A DNA stretch of 64,000 nucleotides from a virus, in the IMG/VR virus record IMGVR_UViG_3300050821_016647, positions 32,001 through 96,000 of that record, one strand, 5' to 3'. The stretch's first letter is position 1. Each line of letters begins with the position of its first letter. A model generated the notes under the pieces. It saw nothing but the letters and a program-made list of their open reading frames with translations. It was not told the DNA's origin and made no database searches. Shown here in pieces: positions 34,231 to 44,067 of the stretch. A program made the translations under genes and the position numbers.

Positions 34231-36818
34231 TTTCCCTCCAATTGCTGTTGTCGCAGCCGCGCGTTGTGAATCTGTCGCTCGAACTCGATAATCTTCTCAG
34301 CGAGCTCCTGAAGCTCTTCATGCAGGTGTTGAGGGCATCTGTTGGCTCTAAGCGCAAATGCGCCACACGTCACGTGCTCACCGTTTTCCGAATCCGATTG
34401 GAATCTCGCCGTACAGCTCGTAGTCAGTCGACCAGCGCGTTCCTCGCGCTTGTACTGCGCGCAGTCCTTAGAACACGCGACGCCATCGGGACCGTCACCG
34501 GTTTGGTCTCCAACCCAGATGAACGACCATCCCTTTGGGGGATTCACGGACGCCGACTCGGCCTTCTTGCCACACGCGTCGCAGGTAAAGACGGCGCTCA
34601 TCATGCCTCTTCCTTCTTTTTCACGTCCGCTGGCAGGTACTTCATCGTGTGGCTCGCCGCCGCGCGCCAGTCGCCAGGGGCCACCTCGGTAAGCCGCGTG
34701 ACCCAGAGCTCTTTCTCGAAGATCTCCGAGATGCGCAGTGGCACGCCGTCCCAGAACTTGGAAGTGAGAACGTCACCCTTCTTGAAGCCGAGCCGGACAC
34801 AGGCTTGCACAGCGGTCTCGAGGGGGACGGAGGAGGTTTTCATGTCTCGTCTCCGAGGTCCACCGTGTTGAGTTTGTCGCGCAACAATTCGCCAAGCCGC
34901 TCGACCGCCTCGGTGGGCGTACATTCATCCGAAACAAACATGGGCACCGAAAGCGTGTGCGGCGTTTTGTTGATCTGGTCTTCAGAGACTGAGACCGGGA
35001 TGGAGACGTAGAGAAACTTCACTTGAGCCTCTCTACAGAAACTCGATACCAACCCCATTCGCCGGGCGAACCGATCTTCGCGCTGTACTCCCAGATGTCG
35101 CCGGCTGCATCAAGCGCCCATCTCGTGCCTTCTGGGTCGATAGCGATCTGAACGAACTTCGCCACGCCCGGCGGGCCCGCGTGCTCGTATGCCGTCTTGC
35201 GCTCTGCGTGCGTCGGAACGGTTGTTTCACGAGTGCCAGGAACCTCCTGGCGTGCGTTGCAGCACGCCCATCCTGGCGCCTGTCCGCAATAGGGACACCC
35301 AACAGAGACGTACGGAGGCACGGTTACAGTCGTCATGTCGGCAGCACCCAGCGTCGCTTCTCGACGCTCCAGATAGCTTCTTGTCCGAGTCGATTGAGGT
35401 CAGGTCCAGCGTCTGGATCGTTCTTGTCGCAACTCCGGTAGCCGACCTTGGCACGTTTCGAGTACCAGCCGAACTCGACGCACTCCGCGACGCCCGGCCA
35501 GATGCCAGTCCACGGCAGAGGGCCGCCGACTTCGGCGAATGCCTCTTCGAGCTTCTTGTACATCGCTTCCGTGGGGCCGCCCTTGTAGATATCCGGGTGC
35601 TCCTGCTTGAGCCGCTCGCGCGACATCTCGTTCACTTCATACACGCACCCGCACGACATCGCCTGATGACCACAGAGCGGGCAACGCTCGACGTCGCAGT
35701 TGCCCTTATGCATCTCGCCTGGCTTCGCTTTGCAGTCATGGCAATTGCGCTTGGTGAGATAGTCGTGTTTCACGATCCACCTCCAATCGCGAACCCTTCG
35801 GGCTCGGTGATGATGCGCGGTTCCTTGGCGTTCAACTCGAGCCGAAACACCTGAGCTCGAGGAGTTCCAATCGACCCGTCGTTCTCGATAATAAGCTCGA
35901 TCGCCTGCCCCTTGGACTCGGCAAGCGCAAACGCTTGCCCCGGAGCAAAGTCTTCGAGCACGTCGACGTCGTCCCAGTAGAATAGCTTGAGTCTCATTCC
36001 GGCACCTTCGTTCGGTCGGCTAGCGCATCTCTGATGGCGCCGTCCGTAATCGACAAGCACAGCAAGCAAACCGGCGGCTCAACATCCTTACCGTCGATCC
36101 CGGCTGCAACACCGTGAACAAAAGCTAGCGTTACCGCTGAGCGGGCCTTGATATCGGGAGCAAGTCCGTTGTCGAGCAACAGCTGTTCTACGATGTCACA
36201 TAGAACGCAGGCGCTCATCGCTCGAACGGCTTTCGTCCAAGATTCGATAGCCTCTGTACGATCTCGAGCATCTCGACCGCTCGCGATAGCGAGGCCGGAT
36301 CGCCGGTGACAGTCGTGGTCGTCTCGGTCGTGACCTTACCGTTCGCGTCCGTCGTCGTCACCGTCTTGACCGTTGTCGTTACGGACACGATCTGCACGCG
36401 CGGCTCTTCTTTCGGCGTTTCTTTCGACATGACACCCTCTCCTCGCACGCCCTCGACGGCGTTTCTGCGAGCGATCTATCTGTACACGCGCGTATTACGG
36501 CGGGTCAAGTTATTTTACTAGGTCCGGCTCGCTGGCTTCCATTTCCCAGGGCCTAGGCTCGAAACCGCTAATGCTTACCACGTCACCGTTCTCGTTTACC
36601 CATCTCACCGTCTTACGTACGGGCGGGTTCAGCTCGTCTCTAAGCTCTTTTTCGGCTTCGACTCTGAGCCAGACCTTTCTGAGCCGCCGCGCCGCATCTT
36701 CGAGGTCGGCCGGGATGGGGTCGGCTCCAAGGACCAGGATGAGGCCGGGAGGCCATGTCCCGAACCTGGCGTAGTATCGGGCGGCGATCTTCTTTGTGAA
36801 AGGTCCAGGCTGAGGCAT
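34227..36818 (-). CDS. Cluster of small hypothetical genes (34227..34604, 34601..34843, 34840..35022, 35019..35336, 35333..35773, 35770..35997, 35994..36218, 36215..36430, 36510..36818)
   Basis: Chain of ATGA/GTGA overlaps; several CxxC motifs (e.g. CHDC.AKPGEMH..CDVERCPLCG). Confidence 0.65.
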
Positions 36819-37036
36819 CGAGTCACCACCTTGTAGAGGATTCGCTGCGCCGTGCTTCGGCGGTTCCTGAAGAGCATCGTTCGTCGCAGCGTTTCAGGGT
36901 CCTCCTCGAGCAGCCGCGCCAGCTCACCGAACGTCATCCGGCCAGCTCCGTTGCAGCACGGGCATTTCTCTGGCCACTCTTTACTGCCGGGGACCCAGCC
37001 GTTGCCGTTACAGAGCTCGCAGAGGAAGAAGATCAC
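36629..37036 (-). CDS. Zn-finger protein paralogous to 30777..31016 (C-terminus overlaps the next gene)
   Basis: CELCNGNG...CPCCNGAG..GELARLLEED.ETLRR...RCL. Confidence 0.55.
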   Translation of the reverse strand: MIFFLCELCNGNGWVPGSKEWPEKCPCCNGAGRMTFGELARLLEEDPETLRRTMLFRNRRSTAQRILYKVVTRCLSLDLSQRRSPPDTTPGSGHGLPASSWSLEPTPSRPTSKMRRGGSERSGSESKPKKSLETS

Positions 37037-38589
37037 GAGTTTCTCCTCGCCCAGTTCGCGAAGTCCTCGTCCGTATCGAAAGTGGTGTGCAGCTCACTCT
37101 CGACAGACTGCTTCCAACGAGCTCGGTCTGCCTCTTTGTTAGTAATGCGACGTTTCCACTGCTCATCGTTGGCGAGCGCTTCCTTGGCGGCCTGTCCCCA
37201 ACTCCATGGGGGCCACTCCTCGAATTCCTCTTTGTATTTCATACTCGCGTACGTCGGCTTGAAGCCCTTCATCCGCGCTTCCTCGACCTTGCGATCGAAG
37301 AATGCCTTGCGCGGATCCGTAAACACGCGCTCCTCGAGCTGTGCGTTCTCGTCTTGTACGATCTTGCGCGGCTCCGGCACTGGCGGTGCGAATCCGCACG
37401 CCTCGCACGGGTAGTGCTTGATGTACGCTAGACACTTGATGCACTGGGTCGGCTTGCGCTCGTTCACGCGCTCGGCTCGGCCTTCCAGTGACCATCGACG
37501 GTCCTCATGCGGGAAGCCGTGGCGGTCGAGGTTCCCTCCCTGGTCGATGATGATAGGGACGACGCTCGGTCCGTCCTCCGGACGCCAGGAGCGCGTGGCC
37601 GGCGTGTTCTCGTTCCAAGGGCGCAGCCCTCGCCCGGCTTGCTGCATGAACACCACGAGCGACTTCGTCGGCCGCGCAATGATCAGGCACTTCACGCTCG
37701 GTTGGTCCCAACCCTCGGTGAAGATCTGGCAGTTGGTCACAACTTCGAGCTCACCCGAGTCGAGTCTGGCCGAGATGGCGAGCCGATCGTCTTCGGGCGT
37801 GTCCGCATCGACGTGAGCCGCCCTCACGCCGGCCGCCAGGAACTTCTCGAGCAGAGCCTTGGAGTGCGCGACGTTCACGGCGAAGACAACCGTGCGTCGG
37901 CCTTGCGCGTGCTTTTTGTACTCGGCCACCGTATCGCCGAGCACGTCGATCTCCATCATCGCGTCCGCCAGCTCGTCGATGACGAAGTCGCCATGCTGGA
38001 CCTTGATGCCGTCGAGTTTGGGTTGGACCGGGGTACCGAAGCACCGCGGCTCGACGATGAACTTGTCCTCGATGAGATCCTTGTACGTCGCGGCGACCTC
38101 AATGGCTTGGAAGACGTCGCCGAGCGCTTTACCGTCGAGGCGACACGGCGTGGCGGTGAGTCCGATGATCCTCGCGTTTGGGTAGAGCTCGAGGAGCTTG
38201 CGGTAGCTGTTAGCGACCGCCCGATGACACTCGTCGACGAAGATGATGTCGGCCGGTGGCTTGTCTCGGCGACCCAGGCTTTGAATGGTCGCCACCTGCA
38301 CGGGCATCAGGGCGTTCGTTCGTTTGTCATCGGCCCGAATGACGCCGACCTCGGTCACGCCCCACTTCGCTAGCTGTCGCACCGCCTGATCGATGAGCTC
38401 GATTCGGTGCGCGACGAACAAAATCTTCGCATCGAAGTTCGCTCGGGCGAGCTGAATGATGTAGCTCGCCAGAACCGTCTTCCCGCCTCCGGTCGGGCAG
38501 CAGAGAATGACGCGAATGCGCTCCGCGAGAATATGCCCGCGGAGCGCGTCGACGCCTGCTGCCTGATAGAGACGGAGCTCGGGAAGCAT
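37033..38589 (-). CDS. SF2 (DExH) helicase with C-terminal Zn finger
   Basis: CPTGGGKT, DECH, TAT, FTEGWDQP, QQAGRGLR, CIKC..CEAC. Confidence 0.92.
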   Translation of the reverse strand: MLPELRLYQAAGVDALRGHILAERIRVILCCPTGGGKTVLASYIIQLARANFDAKILFVAHRIELIDQAVRQLAKWGVTEVGVIRADDKRTNALMPVQVATIQSLGRRDKPPADIIFVDECHRAVANSYRKLLELYPNARIIGLTATPCRLDGKALGDVFQAIEVAATYKDLIEDKFIVEPRCFGTPVQPKLDGIKVQHGDFVIDELADAMMEIDVLGDTVAEYKKHAQGRRTVVFAVNVAHSKALLEKFLAAGVRAAHVDADTPEDDRLAISARLDSGELEVVTNCQIFTEGWDQPSVKCLIIARPTKSLVVFMQQAGRGLRPWNENTPATRSWRPEDGPSVVPIIIDQGGNLDRHGFPHEDRRWSLEGRAERVNERKPTQCIKCLAYIKHYPCEACGFAPPVPEPRKIVQDENAQLEERVFTDPRKAFFDRKVEEARMKGFKPTYASMKYKEEFEEWPPWSWGQAAKEALANDEQWKRRITNKEADRARWKQSVESELHTTFDTDEDFANWARRNS

Positions 38590-38604
38590 GTTCGACCCGA
38601 GGGC

Positions 38605-39183
38605 CTAGAACATCGCCTTCTTGTTGGGCTCCGTCGCTGCGGTTGGCGCTGCCGGAGGCTGCGCGTTCGCGCCGAAGTCGAAGTTGTTCGCTGCCGGCTT
38701 CGAACCGTTCTCCTTCGCGGCCTTTGCGCGGGCCTCTGCGACGAGCTTGGTCTGATCGAGAATGAGTCCTCGCAACCCCGCGAACGCCTCCTGCTTCTCG
38801 GCGGGGTCCAGTGGCGTAAACGATGTTCGGCTGCGCGACGGATCGTTGACCCATCGGACCTTGGGGGTCAGGTATTTCTTCTCTGTCGGAAGACCAGGGT
38901 CTTTGATGTACTCCTCGGTCTCGATGACGATTTGGACGATGTCCTTGCTGATCGTTTTCGGATCCGTACCGTCGTAGCCGCAGAACACGAGACTCTCCGC
39001 GGTGCGCTCGCGCGTATTTTCCCCCAACCATCCAGTCCAATCGATAAGCGCTCCCTTGTAGGGTCCCTCATCGACAATCGAGAACGTGACCGTAACTCCC
39101 TTGTTCCCGGTGTTATCGGACTTGACTCCCTCCATGTTGATGCCTCGAGCCATATACGAACCGTCTACGATTTTCGCCGCCAT
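38605..39183 (-). CDS. Putative phage ssDNA-binding protein
   Basis: Beta-rich OB-like core, flexible tail ending NFDF...KKAMF; lies in the recombination module. Confidence 0.5.
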   Translation of the reverse strand: MAAKIVDGSYMARGINMEGVKSDNTGNKGVTVTFSIVDEGPYKGALIDWTGWLGENTRERTAESLVFCGYDGTDPKTISKDIVQIVIETEEYIKDPGLPTEKKYLTPKVRWVNDPSRSRTSFTPLDPAEKQEAFAGLRGLILDQTKLVAEARAKAAKENGSKPAANNFDFGANAQPPAAPTAATEPNKKAMF

Positions 39184-39194
39184 GATCGTCTCTC

Positions 39195-39482
39195 CTATTT
39201 TCCAAATTCGAACTTCGCCCAGATTTCCGCGATGGCAGTGGCCTTCGCGACCTTCTTGGCGTCAGCGTGCTCGCTGAGCCAGTTTTGCATCGCATCGGCG
39301 CATCCGCGCGCCTCCTCGATCTTCCCCGCCGTGTCCTCGCCGAGTTTGTCTCGAATGAGAGCCCAGAGCCCGACGAGGAGGTGTGCGCTCGGGTCGCGCG
39401 CCAAAAGAACGAACATCGGCTCGTCAGGGTCGGCCGCTGTGTAGCAGTCGAATTCTCCTGGCTTGTTCTTGGTTCCCATCAC
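39195..39482 (-). CDS. Conserved phage hypothetical protein
   Basis: MGTKNKPGEFDCY..DEPMFVLLARDP. Confidence 0.65.
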   Translation of the reverse strand: MMGTKNKPGEFDCYTAADPDEPMFVLLARDPSAHLLVGLWALIRDKLGEDTAGKIEEARGCADAMQNWLSEHADAKKVAKATAIAEIWAKFEFGK

Positions 39483-40681
39483 GCGCCCGCTTGCGCCTGC
39501 GCGCCGTTCTTGACCTCGGCGAGCTTCGCCGTGAGCGCCTCCTCGACCTGGAGAAGGAGCTTGAGGTCTTTGCCAGCGTTGGTGACATTCTCCTTGGCGC
39601 GCTCCTCGTAAGGCGTCCCTTTAGCGAGCTGGAAGATGCGGAGCTCGATCGCCTCTGGACTCTGACGAGGTGGTTCGGTCGCAGGAGGCATCTGTGCCGG
39701 AGCTGTCGCTGCTGGCGCGGTCGTGGCTGTTGGCACCGTTTCCGGATAGCCAGGAGGGAAGTTGCCGGTCTGTGTCGCCGGCACGACCTGTGGAGGTGAC
39801 GGAGCGTTGATGGCCGCGGTGAGGTTGGTCTCGAGCTCCAACAGCGCGCTGAGGTCGTCTCCGGCCGCTTCGAGGTAGCCCTTCGCCTTGCTCTCGAATG
39901 ACGTACCAGCAGCGAGCTTTAGGATCTTGGCCTTCACCGCATCGCTGGACTGGCGGTGCTTTGCGATACCTTCGGCGACAGCGGGCCAGGAGAGAGGAAG
40001 TTTCGGGTCGAGCGAGAAGCGGTTCTTGGCCTCGAATCCGCTACCACGAGTCGTGAACAGGAACCTGTCCCCGGTTACGATAACTCGCTGTTCGTCTTTC
40101 TTGTTGACGAGCGCGCTATCGAACGCCGCGAAGAGGACCGTATCGGCCCATCGCTGCGTGAGGGCCCAGCTCTTCTTCCCGAGCTGGGAAGTGAACTGGT
40201 CGTAGGCGCCGAGCTGCGGGTCCTGCGCCTGACGGATGATGGCGTGCCCGAGCAGGCATACGAGCATCCCGTTCTTTCGCGCTACGTCGAGCTCTGCGAG
40301 CAGAAGCTTCCATTCCTGCGCGACCGCATTGTAGCCCGCGCCGAAATCGAAGTCGGCGAGGCTCTTCTTGCCGGTCTGGTGGAGAATGTGCTCGATCGCC
40401 TGCTCCTCGAGCGGATCGACCGTGTCCAATACCAAGCTCTTGTAGCCCATTGGGTCAGCCGCGACCGCGCGAATGAGCGCCATCGACTCCGCCCACGTCT
40501 TGGGTCCCGGAATCCGGTCCACGTTTACGTCGTCGACACCGTGATCGTAGTCGATGAACACCGGCTTCGGAAGCTTACTCCCGAACGTGCTCTTGCCGAC
40601 ACCTGCACCCGCATAGACCATAACGCGCGGCTGCATGATTTTCTGTTCACCGCCTTTGACGACCTGCTGATTCCAACTCAT
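39479..40681 (-). CDS. AAA_24 (Sak4-like) ATPase with duplicated C-terminal helical domain
   Basis: YAGAGVGKST Walker A, LVLDTVD Walker B, AKNRF; two ~43-aa copies at the C-terminus. Confidence 0.85.
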   Translation of the reverse strand: MSWNQQVVKGGEQKIMQPRVMVYAGAGVGKSTFGSKLPKPVFIDYDHGVDDVNVDRIPGPKTWAESMALIRAVAADPMGYKSLVLDTVDPLEEQAIEHILHQTGKKSLADFDFGAGYNAVAQEWKLLLAELDVARKNGMLVCLLGHAIIRQAQDPQLGAYDQFTSQLGKKSWALTQRWADTVLFAAFDSALVNKKDEQRVIVTGDRFLFTTRGSGFEAKNRFSLDPKLPLSWPAVAEGIAKHRQSSDAVKAKILKLAAGTSFESKAKGYLEAAGDDLSALLELETNLTAAINAPSPPQVVPATQTGNFPPGYPETVPTATTAPAATAPAQMPPATEPPRQSPEAIELRIFQLAKGTPYEERAKENVTNAGKDLKLLLQVEEALTAKLAEVKNGAQAQAGA

Positions 40682-40694
40682 GTCACTCTCCTTG

Positions 40695-41750
40695 TTAGAA
40701 TGTAAATCTCGACACCGGCTTTTCCGGTTCCTGCTTCAACTCCGGCTGTTCTGCTTTGTCCCGTTGCCTCGACGACGTCTTGGGCTGATAGAAAATGTCG
40801 TCCATCACGTCGACGCCGCTCGAGCAGACTGGGTAGAAGTCGCATGCCCGTCCATACTTGAAGCACGAATCCGTATTTCGTGGCGCGTTCTCACCCATCC
40901 CTCGAACGACCTGGAGCAAGTGTACGGTGCCCTTGACGTCCCGAATGTGAGCTTCGTGGTCAGCTTCGAGCCGGACCACGGTTCCGCGCTGGTAGTAGTG
41001 CTCCGGCCGCTTGCAGATGTCTTCAAGCACCCGCAGCTCAAGCTCGTCGTCGGTCTCGTCGAACTCACGCTGGTTCGCGTAAAGCTTGGACGGCTCGGTT
41101 GCAGTCGGCTTCGTGTACTTTCTCTTGTTAGCCGGCGTCGCGTAAAAGCGATCCGTCTTCGGCTTCAAGAGTACGTCGTATAAGACCTCGACCTCGCCCC
41201 AGCCCATCATTCGACTCGCTAGCAAGTAGCTCGTGACCTGGCTGTCAATGAGAACTACTTTGTTCCAGTATGGACTCCCGAGCGAAATGTCTTCACTGGA
41301 CGACTTGTGCTCGACAATTGTCTTCTTTCCGTTCCTGTCTTTTCGTACACCCTTCCCGTCAAATTCTCCGACAACCATAATCGTCGGATCGATCATAATA
41401 GAGAATGGTACGTCGGTCTTTTCCATCTCGACCTGTCGATCGGGGTCACCCCAGTAGGCTCGATAGCCCTTCACGAGCGCACGGTCCTGAGGAGTGAACC
41501 CCGAGAGGTCAGGCTTCTCTCCTCGGTGGTAGGCGCCAATTACCTTGTGAATCTCCGTGCCCTTTCGCAGCGCGATTGCCTTTGGCTTGCGCGGCTCGCG
41601 ACGCAGAACATACCTGAATCGCCACTCCGCCGGACAGCGACGGAAACACTGAAGCTCGGAGTGGCTAACGATCTCGACGCCGGCCTTGAGCGCCATGACG
41701 ATAAAACCCAGCCACCAGATAAAGACGTGAAAGTGATAGTGGACGATCAC
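40695..41750 (-). CDS. PD-(D/E)XK exonuclease (Cas4/RecB-like phage recombination nuclease)
   Basis: SHSELQCFRRC, GTEIH, GEFDG...IVEHKS, QVTSY, terminal C-x6-C-x5-C; may start at 41696. Confidence 0.8.
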   Translation of the reverse strand: MIVHYHFHVFIWWLGFIVMALKAGVEIVSHSELQCFRRCPAEWRFRYVLRREPRKPKAIALRKGTEIHKVIGAYHRGEKPDLSGFTPQDRALVKGYRAYWGDPDRQVEMEKTDVPFSIMIDPTIMVVGEFDGKGVRKDRNGKKTIVEHKSSSEDISLGSPYWNKVVLIDSQVTSYLLASRMMGWGEVEVLYDVLLKPKTDRFYATPANKRKYTKPTATEPSKLYANQREFDETDDELELRVLEDICKRPEHYYQRGTVVRLEADHEAHIRDVKGTVHLLQVVRGMGENAPRNTDSCFKYGRACDFYPVCSSGVDVMDDIFYQPKTSSRQRDKAEQPELKQEPEKPVSRFTF

Positions 41751-42652
41751 GGCTCACACCCGTTCTCCCACTCGTGATCCGACAAGTCGCCTTCGGCTTC
41801 GATGAGACCGACGCCTACCGGCGCTCGCGCCACCTCCCTCGCCTCAGCTGCCGTTCGGTTTGCGACGATGCGCGCCGTGTTGGCTGCCATGCGCTTCATG
41901 TCCTCGGCGCGGAGCGCGGCTGCTGCTTTGTAGCGCGCGTACCGGTCTTCGTCGTCGTATACCGCGGCGCCGCTCGCGCGAAGTTTCGCCTTCGTAGCCC
42001 ACTCCGCGTCGAGCTCGCTTCCGACGCACCTTCTGCCGAGTAGCGCGCAAGCGAGTGCGGTCGTGCCGCTCCCTAGAAGGGGGTCGCAGACCAGCTCGCC
42101 GGGGTTCGAGAAGAACTCGACGAGGTCCAAGATCTGATCGAGCGGCTTCTGTGTCTTGTGTTTGAGCTTGCCGCGCATGCAGGTGTGCGCGAGGTGCGTC
42201 AGGTTGCCTGGCCCGTTCCAGCTCTTCTTGCCGCCCTGCGCGCCCCAAGCGATGACGATCATCTCGTGTCCCTGCGGTGGCCGGTCGCCGGACAGCTGCG
42301 GCATCGACCACCGTACCCAAGGCACGGCACGGATGTACGTTGCGCCCGAATACTCGAGCCGCTCCTTCCAGTCACCGACGCTTTCGGTGTCCGTGTAGAT
42401 GACGGACCACCGCTTCGTCTTCGCGGCCATGACGCAGACCCACTGGCTCAACTCTTCGCTGAGCGGATCGAAGCCGAGGTCGCGATGCGCGGCGCCCTTC
42501 ATCGCAACCGAGGCCCGCGCGCCAGGAGTCCCGCATGACGTCGCGGCGTCGTGGACGTGAGCGCTGTATGGAGGATCTACGATCATCACGTCGGGCACGA
42601 CGTCTGTGAGCACGGTGCGCGCGTCGCCTTGACGGATGTCGATCGCGCTCAT
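41747..42652 (-). CDS. N4-C/N6-A DNA methyltransferase (beta-class order)
   Basis: DPPY near N-terminus, HKTQKP, DPLLGSGTT near C-terminus. Confidence 0.88.
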   Translation of the reverse strand: MSAIDIRQGDARTVLTDVVPDVMIVDPPYSAHVHDAATSCGTPGARASVAMKGAAHRDLGFDPLSEELSQWVCVMAAKTKRWSVIYTDTESVGDWKERLEYSGATYIRAVPWVRWSMPQLSGDRPPQGHEMIVIAWGAQGGKKSWNGPGNLTHLAHTCMRGKLKHKTQKPLDQILDLVEFFSNPGELVCDPLLGSGTTALACALLGRRCVGSELDAEWATKAKLRASGAAVYDDEDRYARYKAAAALRAEDMKRMAANTARIVANRTAAEAREVARAPVGVGLIEAEGDLSDHEWENGCEP

Positions 42653-43149
42653 GGGTGAGGCTCGCCCTGGCCGAAGTCCTTCGGAAACGCAGAAGCTGGT
42701 GGCGCCCCAGCTTCCACCATTCGACGATAAATGAGTTCTGCTTCAGGCACGTCCGTCGGTAGCTCGACGCTGAACTTCTTGTACTTGGCTGCGTCCGTCG
42801 ACCCAGCGTCATAGAACCACAGCGGATGGAACTCGCTCGGGTCCTTCATGTTGTCGCCCCACGTCTTCGTGTCCTCGCACTGACATGAACCCGTGCTGCG
42901 GTTCCACTCCTTGACGAGCCGAGGCAGGCAGGTGGCCTCACATCGTGGCGGCAGGTTGAAGTCCGTCTTGTCGCACCGACAAATCCCCATGCCGATCGAG
43001 AACTCCTCGACGAGCCGCGGGGAACACATCTTCACGCAAGCGACTCGCTTCTCGTCTTCTGTGGTCTTGTCGTGGGCCAAAAACGCGATGACCGTGATGG
43101 TCACGAACGTCACGACAAGACCAGCGATGAGCCACAGCTCTTTCCTCAC
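42649..43149 (-). CDS. Membrane protein with duplicated Cys-rich ectodomain
   Basis: GTGA-coupled; N-terminal TM; C..MCSPRLVEEF..G.CRC / C..TCLPRLVKEW..G.CQC. Confidence 0.65.
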   Translation of the reverse strand: MRKELWLIAGLVVTFVTITVIAFLAHDKTTEDEKRVACVKMCSPRLVEEFSIGMGICRCDKTDFNLPPRCEATCLPRLVKEWNRSTGSCQCEDTKTWGDNMKDPSEFHPLWFYDAGSTDAAKYKKFSVELPTDVPEAELIYRRMVEAGAPPASAFPKDFGQGEPHP

Positions 43150-43643
43150 CTGTCCACCTCCCATCCTGGACCGCGAATGGACGCGATGAAATCGCGCCAC
43201 GGCGAGAACTTCCCTGTCACGCGATTCCAGAAACCCCACGAGCGACCGTGCTTCGGTCCGGCGATGAACAGCGACCAGCAGTCGTCCTCGATCAGGTCAA
43301 CGCGGTGGAAGTCGTCACCGTCAATCTTGTTCCACGTCCACGGATGTACGACACGGCGGCGAACCTGGTCGTGCTCTTTGCGCTCCTCGATGTAGCCACC
43401 GACGAGGATGAGCGACCGGGACCACACCCACGGGTGGTTGTGCAGGGCCAAGTCCTCATCGCTTCGGTGGAAGTGGTGCAGGTAGACGTGCACGCCGACC
43501 GGGAAGACAGCGTCGCGCCTCGGTTCTCCCGAGGCGTCCATGGGTTCGCTGCCATCAGGCATCCATGGTCGGCCCGTCACATAGTACCTCGAGAGGTACG
43601 GGGACGAGCCGGAGCGGTCGAAGATGACTCGTGGCGGCGCCAT
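43146..43643 (-). CDS. Cupin-like (His-rich) phage protein
   Basis: LHHFHRSD..LHNHPW..GGYIEE..FHRV. Confidence 0.7.
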   Translation of the reverse strand: MAPPRVIFDRSGSSPYLSRYYVTGRPWMPDGSEPMDASGEPRRDAVFPVGVHVYLHHFHRSDEDLALHNHPWVWSRSLILVGGYIEERKEHDQVRRRVVHPWTWNKIDGDDFHRVDLIEDDCWSLFIAGPKHGRSWGFWNRVTGKFSPWRDFIASIRGPGWEVDR

Positions 43644-43735
43644 CTTGGACGCACACCACTCTACGAGAGTGCGTGTGATCGACACGTGAACCTCACTGAC
43701 GGACAGACGAGACGGAACAGACGGAGGAAGACGTC

Positions 43736-43752
43736 TTGTAATACGCGTGTGC
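43736..43752. promoter_or_regulatory. TTGTAATACG-N1-GTGTGC motif in the divergence region
   Basis: Third exact copy of the 10-mer; about 90 nt upstream of the leftward operon. Confidence 0.55.
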
Positions 43753-44067
43753 TCAGTGGGCAAGAAAATTTTCGGACGAAAATTTCTTCCGAGCGATTCG
43801 CGAACGGTTCCGCCGCGGACCATGTGGCGAACAAAATCGCGGCTGCAAAAAACTTGACCAGTCCGCTTGAGTTAGGGCATCTGTCGTCGTCTTCGCCGTC
43901 CTGTTCAGATCGTGGGTGCGCTGGCCCCACCTGCGGTCCACGGTCTGAACACGGGGGCGAAGGGAAAGCGGTGGGGCCGCCCATGCGTCTGTCTATTTCT
44001 CCGACGGGAAGCCGTCGGAAATGAACTCGTTGTCGCTTCCGATCGTCCCGTTCCAGGGACATCGTCC

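Noticed and set aside
40695-41750. cas4 as evidence for a CRISPR system
   Set aside because: No array or other cas genes; context (AAA_24, SSB, helicase) is a standard phage recombination module
43854-43885. Sigma70 promoter at A-tract-TTGACC before the primase (similar cases at 36503 and 63788)
   Set aside because: Good -35 but no acceptable -10 at 16-18 nt spacing
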